NCBI GenBank assembly: GCA_963803435.1
Contig: CAWDML010000011.1
Span: forward strand, 1 to 64,000
Origin: an uncultured delta proteobacterium
GTDB lineage: Bacteria > Myxococcota > Kuafuiibacteriia > Kuafuiibacteriales > Kuafuiibacteriaceae
Direction of reading: 5' to 3'
DNA: 64,000 nucleotides
Shown: positions 40,780 to 50,723 of the stretch, one piece after another
Layout of the letters: each line of letters opens with the position of its first letter
How positions within the stretch are numbered: position 1 is the first letter of the stretch
Notes under the pieces: model-generated
Told to the model about the DNA's origin: nothing
Databases searched by the model: none
The model's input: only the letters and a program-made list of their open reading frames with translations
Translations under genes and position numbers: made by a program

Positions 40780-42096
40780 CTACGGCGGAGGCAGGTCGAG
40801 GAGCGCGGATTGCATGGGATCGACGGGGTCTTCGCCGATGATCATGACGAAGGGCTCGAGCGGTAGCTGCATGCGATCGGTCGAGAGCTTCCAGTAGAGA
40901 ACGCCCGCCAGCATCCCCGGATGCAGGCTGCGTTGCACACGGCCGAGCGCGCGGACGGCCATGGCGCGCTCGGAGAGGTCCTGGGGCTCGTCGGCCCAGG
41001 TCACCAGCTCGTACCCCTTCCCGGAGCGGACGAGGGAGAAGCCGCGCTGGCTCCAGGGTTCGAGCGTCGAGCGGCGCCGGTACGTGTAGCCGAGCTCGGT
41101 GAACAGCACGCTTCGAGCGCCGAGCCCGCGGTCATGGCGGAAGCGGTCGATCTCGTCGAGCACCCGCGCCCATCCGTACTCGAGGGTCGGCTCGTCGGCC
41201 GGGCCGAGATCGCTCCGCAGCGGGAAGTAGGCGTTGATGCCGATCAGATCGAGCTCGTCCCAGAAGCCGACGCGCCGGTACTGATCGAAGTTGGCCGCGT
41301 ACGTGATCGTGCCGTGGTAGGCGTTGCGCACGGCGTGGATCAGATCCCGCCACTCCCGATCGAGCTGCCGCGCACGTGCGTCGATGCGGGTGACGTCTCC
41401 GCCGAAGGTGGTCGACCGCGCCCACGCCTCCCAAACGGCGGCACGCTCGCGCGTGAAGGCTTCGGGGGTCTCCATCTCGGACCCGCCCAGCGCGGCGAGG
41501 TGTCGCGGGAGGATGCGCTCGCGAAAGCGCGTCACCAGCGCGAGGTACTCGGCCTGCTGGGTGCGGGAGAGATAGTAGGCCTCGAGCGGCGGCAGCCGAT
41601 CGACCAGTGTGGTGGAGGCGAGCGCGTTCATCTCGCTGCCGACGGCGAGCACGTCGACGCCCTCGCGCTCGGCGATCTCGGCCCATCGTCGAGCGAAGGC
41701 ACGATAGCGGCGGAACCACCCGGCGAGCGTGGGCTCGTCCTTCGGCATGATCATGCCGTGCCAGAGGTAGCGGTTGCGTGGGTACGCGTGATCGAGCGCG
41801 ACCCGCAGCACCAGCACCACCGAGAGGCCGGCGCGCTTGGCCTCGCGGATCTCGTCGATCACCGAGGGTGCGTCCTCGTCCGAGAGATCGGCCGAGTCCC
41901 AGTCGCCCTGGCGGGCGTATACGGTGGTCGAGACGGTGTGGAGCCCGGCGCGATCGAGCGTGTCGATCCAGTGCCCGTGATCGAGCTCGTTCACCTGGAT
42001 CCCGCCGAGGAGGAACGGCTCGGTCCTGGAGGCGGTTGATGCGTGCGAGCGGCTGCACGCCGCGGCCAGCAGCAGCATCGGGCCGAGCGAACGCAT
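40780..42096 (-). CDS. GH113-like TIM-barrel glycoside hydrolase lipoprotein
   Basis: WFRRY..AE.EGVDVLAVGSE, W..LI..VRNAYHGTITYAANFD, FWDELDLIGINAYFPL, VLFTELGY. Confidence 0.8.
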   Translation of the reverse strand: MRSLGPMLLLAAACSRSHASTASRTEPFLLGGIQVNELDHGHWIDTLDRAGLHTVSTTVYARQGDWDSADLSDEDAPSVIDEIREAKRAGLSVVLVLRVALDHAYPRNRYLWHGMIMPKDEPTLAGWFRRYRAFARRWAEIAEREGVDVLAVGSEMNALASTTLVDRLPPLEAYYLSRTQQAEYLALVTRFRERILPRHLAALGGSEMETPEAFTRERAAVWEAWARSTTFGGDVTRIDARARQLDREWRDLIHAVRNAYHGTITYAANFDQYRRVGFWDELDLIGINAYFPLRSDLGPADEPTLEYGWARVLDEIDRFRHDRGLGARSVLFTELGYTYRRRSTLEPWSQRGFSLVRSGKGYELVTWADEPQDLSERAMAVRALGRVQRSLHPGMLAGVLYWKLSTDRMQLPLEPFVMIIGEDPVDPMQSALLDLPPP

Positions 42097-43511
42097 CAGA
42101 CCCGCGCGTGATTGGTGATGGCGCGGGGATGCTCGCCCCGCCAGAGCTCGGCGCGATAGCGGCCGGGGCCGACCGCACGGGAGAGCGAGACGTCGGTGTC
42201 GGCCGCCAGCGTCTCGATGACCCTACCGTTCTTGACGATGCGGAGCTCCGAGCCGGGCTCCGCTGCGAATGTCCGGATGGAGAGCGCTCCGGCGGCGGCG
42301 TCGAGCTCGATCAAGGGGCCTCCGGTCATCACCACCAGGCCGCGCTTCAGGCCCGCGAGGATGTCGGCCTCCACGTCGCTCTCGGCGCGAACCGCGGTGA
42401 ACGGCTCCTCGCCAGGGAACGGCGTCTCCTGGGCCGGACCGTGCCAGTCGCGGGCGGCCACGCCGGTGATCTCGTGGCCCTGGTCCCAGAAGCGATCCCA
42501 GAGCGCGAGCGCCGCGCGATCGTCGTGCTCGGGGTCGTGCCAGGTCCGATACCACACCTCCATCATGTCGACGGCGGCCGGGTCGAGGGCGACCTGGCGG
42601 CAGCCGGTGCAGATCGGATCGCCGATCTTGAAGGGGTGGGCCACCGACACGATCCCGCCCTCGTTGCGGATTCCATTGAATAGATCGGCGAAGTCTGCGC
42701 GACGCTCGCCGTCGTGCCAGGGCGGCGGCCACTCGATCCCGTACACCGGGTGGTGGCCGTGGAAGGTGGTGAGCTCGCAGCCGTGGAGCACCGTGATCGG
42801 AGGGTTCCGAACCTCGCCGAGCCCGCTGGTCGCGTTGTGATCGGTCAGCGCCAGGAAGTCGATCCCGAGGGCGTCGGCGCGCCCGAGGAGCTCCTCGACC
42901 TGATGCGCGCCGTCGCTGTGCACCGAGTGGCTGTGGAGCTCACCGATCCGCCAGCGCTCGCCGGCCTCGCCCCAGCGGCGGCGGAGGCGCTGACCTCGCG
43001 AGCGCCGGCCGTCGACGGGCGCTCGGAGAGCCAAGGCCGCGCCGGGCTCGACCGTCAGGCGGTAGGTGACGGGATCGCCCAGCACGCAGTGGATCTCGAC
43101 GGCGGCGGTCCAGCGGCCAGGCGTGATGGCCCCGGCCAGGAAGCCGTCGGACGCGCCGTGCTCGGAGAGCACCAGCGCAGCCCTCGAGGCGGGGTTGCGA
43201 TCCCAGCGTCCGCGCCATCGCCCCGCCGGATCGATCAGGACGACGTTGAGAAGGTTGCTGACGCCCCGTCCCAGCATCCGCTCGCGCAGGATCTCGGCGA
43301 GCGCCCCACGCAGCTCGGCGGGGAACGTCGAGACGTGCTGGTCGATGGCGCCGGCGATGGCGGCGCGGGCCGCCTCGGCGCTGGTGCACTTGCGGGGCCC
43401 GTAGTCGAACGAGAGGTGCAGGGCCTCGGTCCCGGGCGGTACCTCGAACGTGTGGGGGAGAACCGTCTTCGACCGCTCCGCGGCGACCTGCTGGCTGGCG
43501 TCCAGGAACAC
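42096..43511 (-). CDS. CehA/McbA-family PHP metallohydrolase
   Basis: GELHSHSVHSDG, LALTDHN, GCELTTFHGH, SVAHP, ARDWH. Confidence 0.88.
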   Translation of the reverse strand: MFLDASQQVAAERSKTVLPHTFEVPPGTEALHLSFDYGPRKCTSAEAARAAIAGAIDQHVSTFPAELRGALAEILRERMLGRGVSNLLNVVLIDPAGRWRGRWDRNPASRAALVLSEHGASDGFLAGAITPGRWTAAVEIHCVLGDPVTYRLTVEPGAALALRAPVDGRRSRGQRLRRRWGEAGERWRIGELHSHSVHSDGAHQVEELLGRADALGIDFLALTDHNATSGLGEVRNPPITVLHGCELTTFHGHHPVYGIEWPPPWHDGERRADFADLFNGIRNEGGIVSVAHPFKIGDPICTGCRQVALDPAAVDMMEVWYRTWHDPEHDDRAALALWDRFWDQGHEITGVAARDWHGPAQETPFPGEEPFTAVRAESDVEADILAGLKRGLVVMTGGPLIELDAAAGALSIRTFAAEPGSELRIVKNGRVIETLAADTDVSLSRAVGPGRYRAELWRGEHPRAITNHARV

Positions 43512-43604
43512 GGCTACCTCTTTCTCGGGTGTGGACGCGAAGCGTCGCTTACCTGCGGAGAGTAAGGGACAGGAAGTCCACGCGGTCGAAGATCCACACT
43601 GGTC

Positions 43605-45353
43605 GTGTCTCCGATCGACTGGGTCATCGTCGCCGTCGTGCTGCTCGGGCTCCTGGTCCTGGGTGTCGTGACCAAGAGCCGCGCCGAGAGCTCCGTGGAG
43701 AACTTCTTCGTGGCGGGCCGCTCACTCCCCTGGTGGCTCGCAGGGACGTCGATGCTCGCCACCAGCTTCTCCAGCGATACGCCGCTCCACACCACCCGGA
43801 TGATACGTGAGCACGGCCTCCAAGGCGCGTGGTTTTATTGGGGCGGGATCATCGGCGGCGTCGCCGTCGCCTTTTTCTTCGCCAAGCTGTGGCGACGGGC
43901 CGGCGTGGTCACCGATGCGGAGCTCCTGGAGCTTCGGTACGGCGGGCGTGCGGGCGCTGCGCTGCGCCTGGCGACCGCGCTGTTCCGTGGGTTCCTGCTC
44001 GAGACCATCACCCTCTCCTGGGTGATCCTCGGCATGACCAAGCTCGTGCAGGTTCTGCTCGACCTGCCGCCCGGCTCCGGTGTGCTGGTCGTGCTGGTCC
44101 TCGTGATCATCTCGCTCCTCTACTCGGCCACCTCGGGGCTGTGGGGCGTGGTGATGACGGACCTCGTCGAGTTCGGCCTCGCCATGGTCGGCGCGATCGC
44201 GCTCGCGATCATCGCGCTGGTCAAGGTCGGTGGTCCTCACGGGCTGGAAGCCGCGCTGGCCACCACGAACTCGGGCCACACGCTCGACATGCTGCCGAGC
44301 TTCCACGACAGCACGCTGCCGGCGCTGGTGGTGGGCGTCTACCTGGGCGTCCAGTGGTGGGCGAGCCCGTACGCGGATGGGAGCGGGCAACGCGCGCAGC
44401 GCTTCCTCGCCACCAAGAACGAGGGCCACGCGCTGGTGGCCGGCGTCTGGAACATGACGGTGCAATGGATCCTGCGCACCTGGCCCTGGTACCTCACGGC
44501 CCTCTGCTCGATGGTGCTCTACCCCGATCTGCTGGACGGCGAGCGCGCCTACCCGCGGATGATCGTTGACCTGATGCCCGTGGGGCTGCGCGCGCTGATG
44601 GTGGCGTCCTTCTTCGCGGCGTTCATGTCCACGGTCGACTCGCTGCTCAACCTGGGCGCCTCGTATTTCACCAACGACGTCTATCGCCGGTTCGTTACCC
44701 GTGCGCGCACCGAGAAGCACTACGTGCGGGCGGGTCGCTTCGCCAGCGTGGCGATGGCCGGCACCGCGGCGGTGATCGCTCTGCAGCTCCCCTCGATGCT
44801 CGACGCCTTCCGGTTGAAGATGGAGCTGATGGCGGGCCTGGGGATGATCGCGCTCCTGCGGTGGTTCTGGTGGCGCGTCAACGCGGTCACCGAGCTCGCG
44901 ACGCTGGTCACCTCGGTGGCCGTGGCGATCGCGCTCAATCTGCATCCCACGCTCGGGGTCTCGGGCGCTGCGCCCTCGGCGATCCGCCTGTGCATCGTGG
45001 TGGCCTGCTCGGGTCTGGTCACCGTGGTCGGCGCGCTGGTCACGCGCCCTGAGCCGACCGCCCGGCTGCTCGCGTTCTACGAGCGCGTTCGCCCGCCGCG
45101 CCTGCTCTGGGGGGCGATCGCCGACGCCGCTCCTCCGTCCTCGCAGCGCTCGCCGATCACGGTGGCGACGATCGGACAATACGCGGTCTGCGTCGCGCTG
45201 GTCTTCTCGGGGATGTTCGCGATCGGAAAGCTGGTCCTCGCGCAGTGGGTCGATGGGATCGCCCTGTCCGTGGCCGCGCTGGTGCTCGGCGCGATCCTGT
45301 GGCGCTGGGTGCTCTCGACCGCGCTCAAGGACAGCCCGGATCCCGGCCCGTGA
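43605..45353 (+). CDS. Sodium:solute symporter
   Basis: FFVAGRSLPWWLAGTSMLATSFSSDTP, LWRRAGVVTDAELLELRY, AQRFLAT, AAFMST; ~14 TM. Confidence 0.92.
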   Translation: MSPIDWVIVAVVLLGLLVLGVVTKSRAESSVENFFVAGRSLPWWLAGTSMLATSFSSDTPLHTTRMIREHGLQGAWFYWGGIIGGVAVAFFFAKLWRRAGVVTDAELLELRYGGRAGAALRLATALFRGFLLETITLSWVILGMTKLVQVLLDLPPGSGVLVVLVLVIISLLYSATSGLWGVVMTDLVEFGLAMVGAIALAIIALVKVGGPHGLEAALATTNSGHTLDMLPSFHDSTLPALVVGVYLGVQWWASPYADGSGQRAQRFLATKNEGHALVAGVWNMTVQWILRTWPWYLTALCSMVLYPDLLDGERAYPRMIVDLMPVGLRALMVASFFAAFMSTVDSLLNLGASYFTNDVYRRFVTRARTEKHYVRAGRFASVAMAGTAAVIALQLPSMLDAFRLKMELMAGLGMIALLRWFWWRVNAVTELATLVTSVAVAIALNLHPTLGVSGAAPSAIRLCIVVACSGLVTVVGALVTRPEPTARLLAFYERVRPPRLLWGAIADAAPPSSQRSPITVATIGQYAVCVALVFSGMFAIGKLVLAQWVDGIALSVAALVLGAILWRWVLSTALKDSPDPGP

Positions 45354-48300
45354 CGCACCAGCTCGGCGGCGGACGGGGGGCGGTCCAGCCGTCACCGTCG
45401 ATGTCGATCCAGATCGGGTTCGTGATCGCGAAGGGGAACGTCGGATACAGCGAGGGGTTGCGCGGCAGCCGGAGGCCGCGCAGGCGCGGGACGAGGTCGT
45501 AGATGCGCTGGATCAGCTCGCGCGTCCCGAAGCGCGCCAGCACCGCCGAGCCGTAGACCGGCGCCAGCGACCGCCCGGACAGGCCCAGGGCGATCGCGAC
45601 GTACCAGGAGTCGCGCTCGGGACGGTCGGTGAGGGTCTCGTCGAGGACCACCGCGCCGTTGCGGACCGGGCGGAAGACGCGGATCAGCTCGGCGTTGCGA
45701 TAGAGCTCGACGCGATCCACATCGTACCAGTCGGCGGCCTCGACGCGGAGCCGGATCTCGACGTCACCGGCGGCGACGCGCGTCTCACCGACCTCTGCGC
45801 CTGCGACCGTCATGTGGATCATGGGCGCGTTCGTCACGACCGCGTGGCCCTGGCGCAGAGCGGCGATGAAGTCGGGCTCCGAGACGCGGGCCGGGTCGGT
45901 GTCGCCCGTCCGCACCAGGATCCGCGGGGAGCCGGCCTGGTCGTACGACGCCTTCTCTCCGTGGACGTCGGAGCCGGCGACGCCGATGCGGACCACTCCG
46001 CGGTTGAGCATGTCGAACCAGTCGTCGACCACACCGCGAACCGTGCGGCAGACCGCATTGTCGGGCGCGGGCACCGCGGTGCTCGAGGTCTCGGCGGGAT
46101 CGACGCAGGTGAGCTTCGACTGCTCGCAGATCAAGCCGGGCGCGCAGTCGCCGTTCGAGCCGCAGCGACATTCGACGTCCTTGCCGACGCCTGCCAGCAG
46201 CGCGCGCTGCTCGTCCTCGGTGCGCTCGAGCATGCGGCGGGTCGCCTCCGTGGAGAGCTGGTACACGCCGCGCTGAAAGTCCGCCTGGTCGATCCGCCCG
46301 TCGCGGCGATCGGCGATCAGGCGATCGAAGCCTCTCGAGTAGAAGCGCACCTCGCCCACCGTGGCTCGCCGGATCAGATCGAAGCCCTTGGAGTTGATGA
46401 GCTCGAGGGCGTCGAAGCCGCCGTCGAAGTTCTCCGGAGCGACCAGCGGGGCAAACAGCGAGACGATCGAGCCGGTGGGCTCGAGCGTGAACGGATCCAG
46501 CCCGTAGGCGTCGAAGTACGAGTAGGGGTGGGGGACGTCGACCACGACCGGGACGCGATCCTCGAGCGCCCGTATCATGGAGAAGATCTCGTGGGGAGTG
46601 GCCCCGCGCCAGTCGGGGGCTCCATACCCGAGCACGAGATCGCCGGCCTCGCGCTCGCGATATTTCAGCGGGAAGCCGATGAAGTGACCGAGCTCCTGCG
46701 TGCTCACCTCCACGCCCACCTGCGACGCGAGGTGATCCGAGAGGCCCAGCGCCTTGATGAGCGGGGCGTATCGGGTGAGGACGTCGTGGTCCGACGACGA
46801 GAGCCGATCGAGGTCCTCGGCCATGAAGCTGGTGACGCGCGCCTCGAGCTCCGTGTTGCTGTCGAGGCTGGGAGCCGCGTGCACGTGGAAGTCGGCGGCG
46901 GTGTAGCCGACCCGGTCGACCTGGCGGGTGAGATGCGCCGAGATCAGGGCCTCCTTCCCGGGGCGCAGCCGCACCAGCTGCCGATCGATCGACCAGTGCG
47001 GCCCGTGTGAAGCCACCACCTGGTAATCGCCCGGAGCGAGCTCGAGCGAGCCTCGGCCGCTGGTGGTCTGGTGCGCCGCGATCACGCCGTCGGCGACGCG
47101 TGGGCCGTTGAACGCCAGCGGCCGCAACCCGTCCTGCCGATCAACGATGACGCTGATCCGTCCCGGGATCGCGCGGCCCGCGCCGTCGAAGAGCGCGTAG
47201 GAGAGTCGCGCGGTGCGCGGGAGCACCAGGGAGAGCTCGCCGGGTGCGTCCTCGCGGAGCGTCACCCTGGCGAGGTGCGAGCGGGCGACGTCACCGCGGA
47301 CGGCGATCGCGTAATAGTCGCCGGGCGGCGCGATCAGCTCGAAGCGACCGTCGCGCTCGCGGTCGCCCCTTGGGTCGGTGTGGGCCTGGGAGACGACGCC
47401 GGGGACGCCGTTCAGGAAAACGGGCGAGACCGAGCGGGCCCGGTTCGCGTCGAGCAACGCCTCCAGCGAGGGCTCATCGAGCGCTTCAGGGTCCTGGATC
47501 AGGAACACGTCGGCGCCCGAGACGGGGTGGCGATCCCAGTCGAGCACCACGCCCTCGAGCCGGCCGAAGGTACGGCCCTGGGCGACGAGCAGCGGCTCGA
47601 GCGCGGAGGAGGCGTCCCCGCGGCCGACCGACATCAGGCGCTGCATCCGGATGATGGTGCGGGAGAGACACCCGGGATCGCCCGTCGCGCAGGAGGCGGC
47701 GCCGGTGGCGCCCATCGAGAAGGGACCTCCGAAGATCGGGATGAGGACGCGACCCGCGAGTGGCGCGTAGCCGTACGAGACGCCGTCGCCCACCGCGAGC
47801 ACGTTCTCGACGTCGAGCGGCGTGGAGAGCGTGTCCTCACCGGCGTCGAACAGGCTGCGGATGTCGGACTCGGTATCGAACCCGACGCCGGGGAGGAAGG
47901 GGGCGAGGTGTCCGCCGAAGAGCAGCATGTCGCCGAGGAGGACGCCGGCGTCGCGGGCCTCGGGCGCGCGGCAGACCGAGAAGTCGCCGCCGAGCGGCGC
48001 GATCACGGGCGTGCAGGTTCGGCCGGCCCCGCAGTCGGCGTCGCCGGTGCAGCGTCCAGCCCCGAGCGGGCGGGGGAGGTCGCCGAGGAGCACGTCGGAG
48101 ATGCCGACCGGCGCAGGGCGGTCCGGGAGCGCGTCGGCTTCGCGCAGGGTGACCTGCGTGCACCGGGACGGCGTCTCGCACGTGCAGTCGTCGTCGTAGA
48201 TGATGTCGTCGCAAGCTGCGTTGCAGCCGTCCTGCTCCTGGGGCGGGCAGAAGGGGATGTCGAAGCCCACCGAGGTGGTCACCCGGAGCACCGACTCACC

Positions 48301-48810
48301 GGGCCGGAGCTCGTACTCGCTGTAGAGGTAGACCTTCGCGTAGTCGGCGTTGCCGGAGAGGAAGTGGCGTTCGAGGAGGAGGTTGAGCGCCGCCAGGATG
48401 TCCTGGATGGGCGTGCCCTCCGCCTTCGAGGTGACCTCCGCGGCGCCGCTCTCGGTCCGCGTGATCACGACTGTGCCGGGTCCGAGCGCTCCGCCGACGT
48501 AGAGGTTGGCGGTGGCGGCGATCTGGCCCAGCTGATCCAGCCCTCGGCCCCGACGGTAGGCTTCCTCGGCGCGCATCAGATCGGCGTCGACGATGGTGCC
48601 GCCGACGCCGAGCGGCGTGCGGCTGTGCGCCGCCTGCTCGATGACCACACGGATCCGATCGTTCTCGAGGAGGAAGTCGCCGGTCCGGCCTGAGGCGACC
48701 GGACCGCCGATCGATTGATCCATCGACTCGATCCGGCGCGCGTGCGCCGTCGTCGCCGGCTCCCGGCAGGCGAGCGAGAGGAGCGGTGCCGCCAGGATCA
48801 GCCCGCGCAT
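45325..48810 (-). CDS. Large secreted CehA/McbA-type PHP metallohydrolase lipoprotein with Cys-rich inserts
   Basis: Lipobox LSLAC, GRTGDFLLENDRI, SHGPHWS, ADFHVHAAPSLDS, SSDHD, GHF..FP, GSDVH, FAITNPIWIDIDGDG. Confidence 0.85.
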   Translation of the reverse strand: MRGLILAAPLLSLACREPATTAHARRIESMDQSIGGPVASGRTGDFLLENDRIRVVIEQAAHSRTPLGVGGTIVDADLMRAEEAYRRGRGLDQLGQIAATANLYVGGALGPGTVVITRTESGAAEVTSKAEGTPIQDILAALNLLLERHFLSGNADYAKVYLYSEYELRPGESVLRVTTSVGFDIPFCPPQEQDGCNAACDDIIYDDDCTCETPSRCTQVTLREADALPDRPAPVGISDVLLGDLPRPLGAGRCTGDADCGAGRTCTPVIAPLGGDFSVCRAPEARDAGVLLGDMLLFGGHLAPFLPGVGFDTESDIRSLFDAGEDTLSTPLDVENVLAVGDGVSYGYAPLAGRVLIPIFGGPFSMGATGAASCATGDPGCLSRTIIRMQRLMSVGRGDASSALEPLLVAQGRTFGRLEGVVLDWDRHPVSGADVFLIQDPEALDEPSLEALLDANRARSVSPVFLNGVPGVVSQAHTDPRGDRERDGRFELIAPPGDYYAIAVRGDVARSHLARVTLREDAPGELSLVLPRTARLSYALFDGAGRAIPGRISVIVDRQDGLRPLAFNGPRVADGVIAAHQTTSGRGSLELAPGDYQVVASHGPHWSIDRQLVRLRPGKEALISAHLTRQVDRVGYTAADFHVHAAPSLDSNTELEARVTSFMAEDLDRLSSSDHDVLTRYAPLIKALGLSDHLASQVGVEVSTQELGHFIGFPLKYREREAGDLVLGYGAPDWRGATPHEIFSMIRALEDRVPVVVDVPHPYSYFDAYGLDPFTLEPTGSIVSLFAPLVAPENFDGGFDALELINSKGFDLIRRATVGEVRFYSRGFDRLIADRRDGRIDQADFQRGVYQLSTEATRRMLERTEDEQRALLAGVGKDVECRCGSNGDCAPGLICEQSKLTCVDPAETSSTAVPAPDNAVCRTVRGVVDDWFDMLNRGVVRIGVAGSDVHGEKASYDQAGSPRILVRTGDTDPARVSEPDFIAALRQGHAVVTNAPMIHMTVAGAEVGETRVAAGDVEIRLRVEAADWYDVDRVELYRNAELIRVFRPVRNGAVVLDETLTDRPERDSWYVAIALGLSGRSLAPVYGSAVLARFGTRELIQRIYDLVPRLRGLRLPRNPSLYPTFPFAITNPIWIDIDGDGWTAPRPPPSWCVTGRDPGCP

Positions 48811-49892
48811 CAGAACGTTCCCTGGAGCACCAGGACCAGGCTGTCGTTCTTGAGGTTCTCGCCGTGGCGCTCGACGCGCGCCTGATACTGAAGCTGGGCG
48901 CGGAGATAGGGCGCGTAGAGATCGGCGTCGAGACCGCCCGAGATCAGGAGGAGGTCGCCGCTGTCGGCGAGCGCGCGGTCGTCGTCGTAGATCTCGGCCC
49001 GGACCACCGTGCGGAGCGGTACCACCCATGCGTCGAAGCCGAAGCCGGCCTCGGCGTAGGCGCCGCAGCGTTCGATCTTGGAGGCGACCTCCGGGGAGAC
49101 ATCGGGCGCGTCGTCGGGGATGCGCCGATCGCAGAGCGCCTCCACCTGGAGGGTCGCGCCGTACCAGGTCGCGAGGATGTCTCCCGTCACGGCGATCGTC
49201 CGGGTGGCCGGCCCGTTCTCGTAGAGCGCAGCGGCTGCGACCGAGAGGCGGAAGCGCTCACTGCGATCTTCGATCGTTGCGAGACCCCACGGTGAGCCGA
49301 TCAGGCGCGCCGCATAGAGGAAGCCGCCGAAACGATTTCCGAACGCAAAGCCTTCGGTGGCGTTCTCGAGGGAGAGAAGATACGCGAACCGTTCGTCGAA
49401 GAGCCTGCCCTCCACGGTGATCCCCAGCCGCCGGGAGGGGACGATGCGGCTGACCGAGAGCGGACGCTCGATGCTGAGCAAAGAGCGCGAGGAGTCGAGG
49501 GCGGCGCGCGAGAAGGGGAGCTTCCCCAGGCCCGCGCTCACGCCGAGCCAGTCGGCGAAGAAGTACGACAGCGTTGCGTCCGAGACCGATCCCACGTCGT
49601 CGTCCGAGGGCAACAGATTCGCGGCCAGGAAGACGCCGAAGTTCCCGGCGAATTGCGCCGACACCCCCAGGCGCGCTCTCCGGAGGCGGAACCCACTCTG
49701 GTCGGCGAGATCGCCGTTTTCGATGAGTGAGTCCCTCCCCGCCATCGCTGCTGCGTGGAGCTGCACGAGGCCGCCGAAGCGAAGCTCGATCGCCTCCGTC
49801 GCGACGACCGGGACCGTCGGCGCGAAGTCGAGCGGCACGAGCGAGCTGGAGGCGGTGGCGGTGACCGCGAGCGTGACGATCTGGAGAAACAT
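48810..49892 (-). CDS. Porin, OprO/OprP-like
   Basis: GFRLRRARLG, GLGKLPFSR..SSRSLLSIERP, terminal LQGTF. Confidence 0.75.
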   Translation of the reverse strand: MFLQIVTLAVTATASSSLVPLDFAPTVPVVATEAIELRFGGLVQLHAAAMAGRDSLIENGDLADQSGFRLRRARLGVSAQFAGNFGVFLAANLLPSDDDVGSVSDATLSYFFADWLGVSAGLGKLPFSRAALDSSRSLLSIERPLSVSRIVPSRRLGITVEGRLFDERFAYLLSLENATEGFAFGNRFGGFLYAARLIGSPWGLATIEDRSERFRLSVAAAALYENGPATRTIAVTGDILATWYGATLQVEALCDRRIPDDAPDVSPEVASKIERCGAYAEAGFGFDAWVVPLRTVVRAEIYDDDRALADSGDLLLISGGLDADLYAPYLRAQLQYQARVERHGENLKNDSLVLVLQGTF

Positions 49893-50025
49893 CGCCGAGG
49901 TCGAGTATCGGCGTCCACACGCGCGCGATGCTTACGCGTCTCGAGTAAGCGCTATGGGCGCGCGGAAGCACGTTCGTGCGGTCATGCCTCGTGAGGCTGA
50001 TCCCCCGAACCGGCACCGTCAGCGG

Positions 50026-50041
50026 TGGCACGCGAGATGCT
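50026..50041 (+). promoter_or_regulatory. Candidate sigma54 promoter
   Basis: TGGCACGCGAGATGCT, close to TGGCACG-N4-TTGCW, just upstream of ATG 50056. Confidence 0.5.
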
Positions 50042-50055
50042 CATCCTATGAGTCC

Positions 50056-50703
50056 ATGACGGACGATCGGGCAGGTGGAACGAGGTTGCTCGTCACGACG
50101 ATCCTCGCAGCGATTGCGGTCGGGGGAGTTCTCGTGATCGACGCATACATGCAGGATGACTTGCAGGCACCGATCGCATCCGCCGAGGCGGCAAGGGCCA
50201 CGCCTGCGCACGAAGGGCAGCGCGGGTCCATGCCAGATCCTCGAGCGGCATGCTGGGGCCCTCTCTTCCCGCCGAGCTGTACCCCTCCGCTGCTCCCCGC
50301 CGACGAGGAGGAGGAGGAGACCGCGCCGACGCCTCTCGACGAGCCCGTCGCCGCTCGCCCGGCGCGGCCCGGCAAGCCGCGGCGCACCCGACTCCCCGTG
50401 CTCGACGATCAGGCGCCCCAGGAGCTGGCCCTCTCCGATCGCGTGTTCGCCCAGGTGGTCGGGTCCTGGCACGCGCTGAAGGCCTGTGCGATGGCCGCGG
50501 GCGGGGTCCAGGGAACGCCGACGGTGCGGATGGAGATGGACATCGACACCACCGGGCGCGTGAAGGCGGCCCGGGTTCTCGACGTCGAAGGCGTCACCGA
50601 GCAGCAGCTCGCCTCCTGTCTGAAGACGCAAGCGCACGGCCTCCGGTTTCCGCCCGACTCCGTCCGCCGGGAGACCACGCGCGACGCCACCTTCGTGTTT
50701 TGA
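50056..50703 (+). CDS. TM-anchored protein with AgmX/PglI (TonB-C-like) C-terminal domain
   Basis: N-terminal TM, Pro-rich linker, LKAC...MEMDIDTTGRV..LASCL....LRFP..TFVF. Confidence 0.7.
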   Translation: MTDDRAGGTRLLVTTILAAIAVGGVLVIDAYMQDDLQAPIASAEAARATPAHEGQRGSMPDPRAACWGPLFPPSCTPPLLPADEEEEETAPTPLDEPVAARPARPGKPRRTRLPVLDDQAPQELALSDRVFAQVVGSWHALKACAMAAGGVQGTPTVRMEMDIDTTGRVKAARVLDVEGVTEQQLASCLKTQAHGLRFPPDSVRRETTRDATFVF

Positions 50704-50723
50704 ATGGAGCGACGCTCTGCCAA

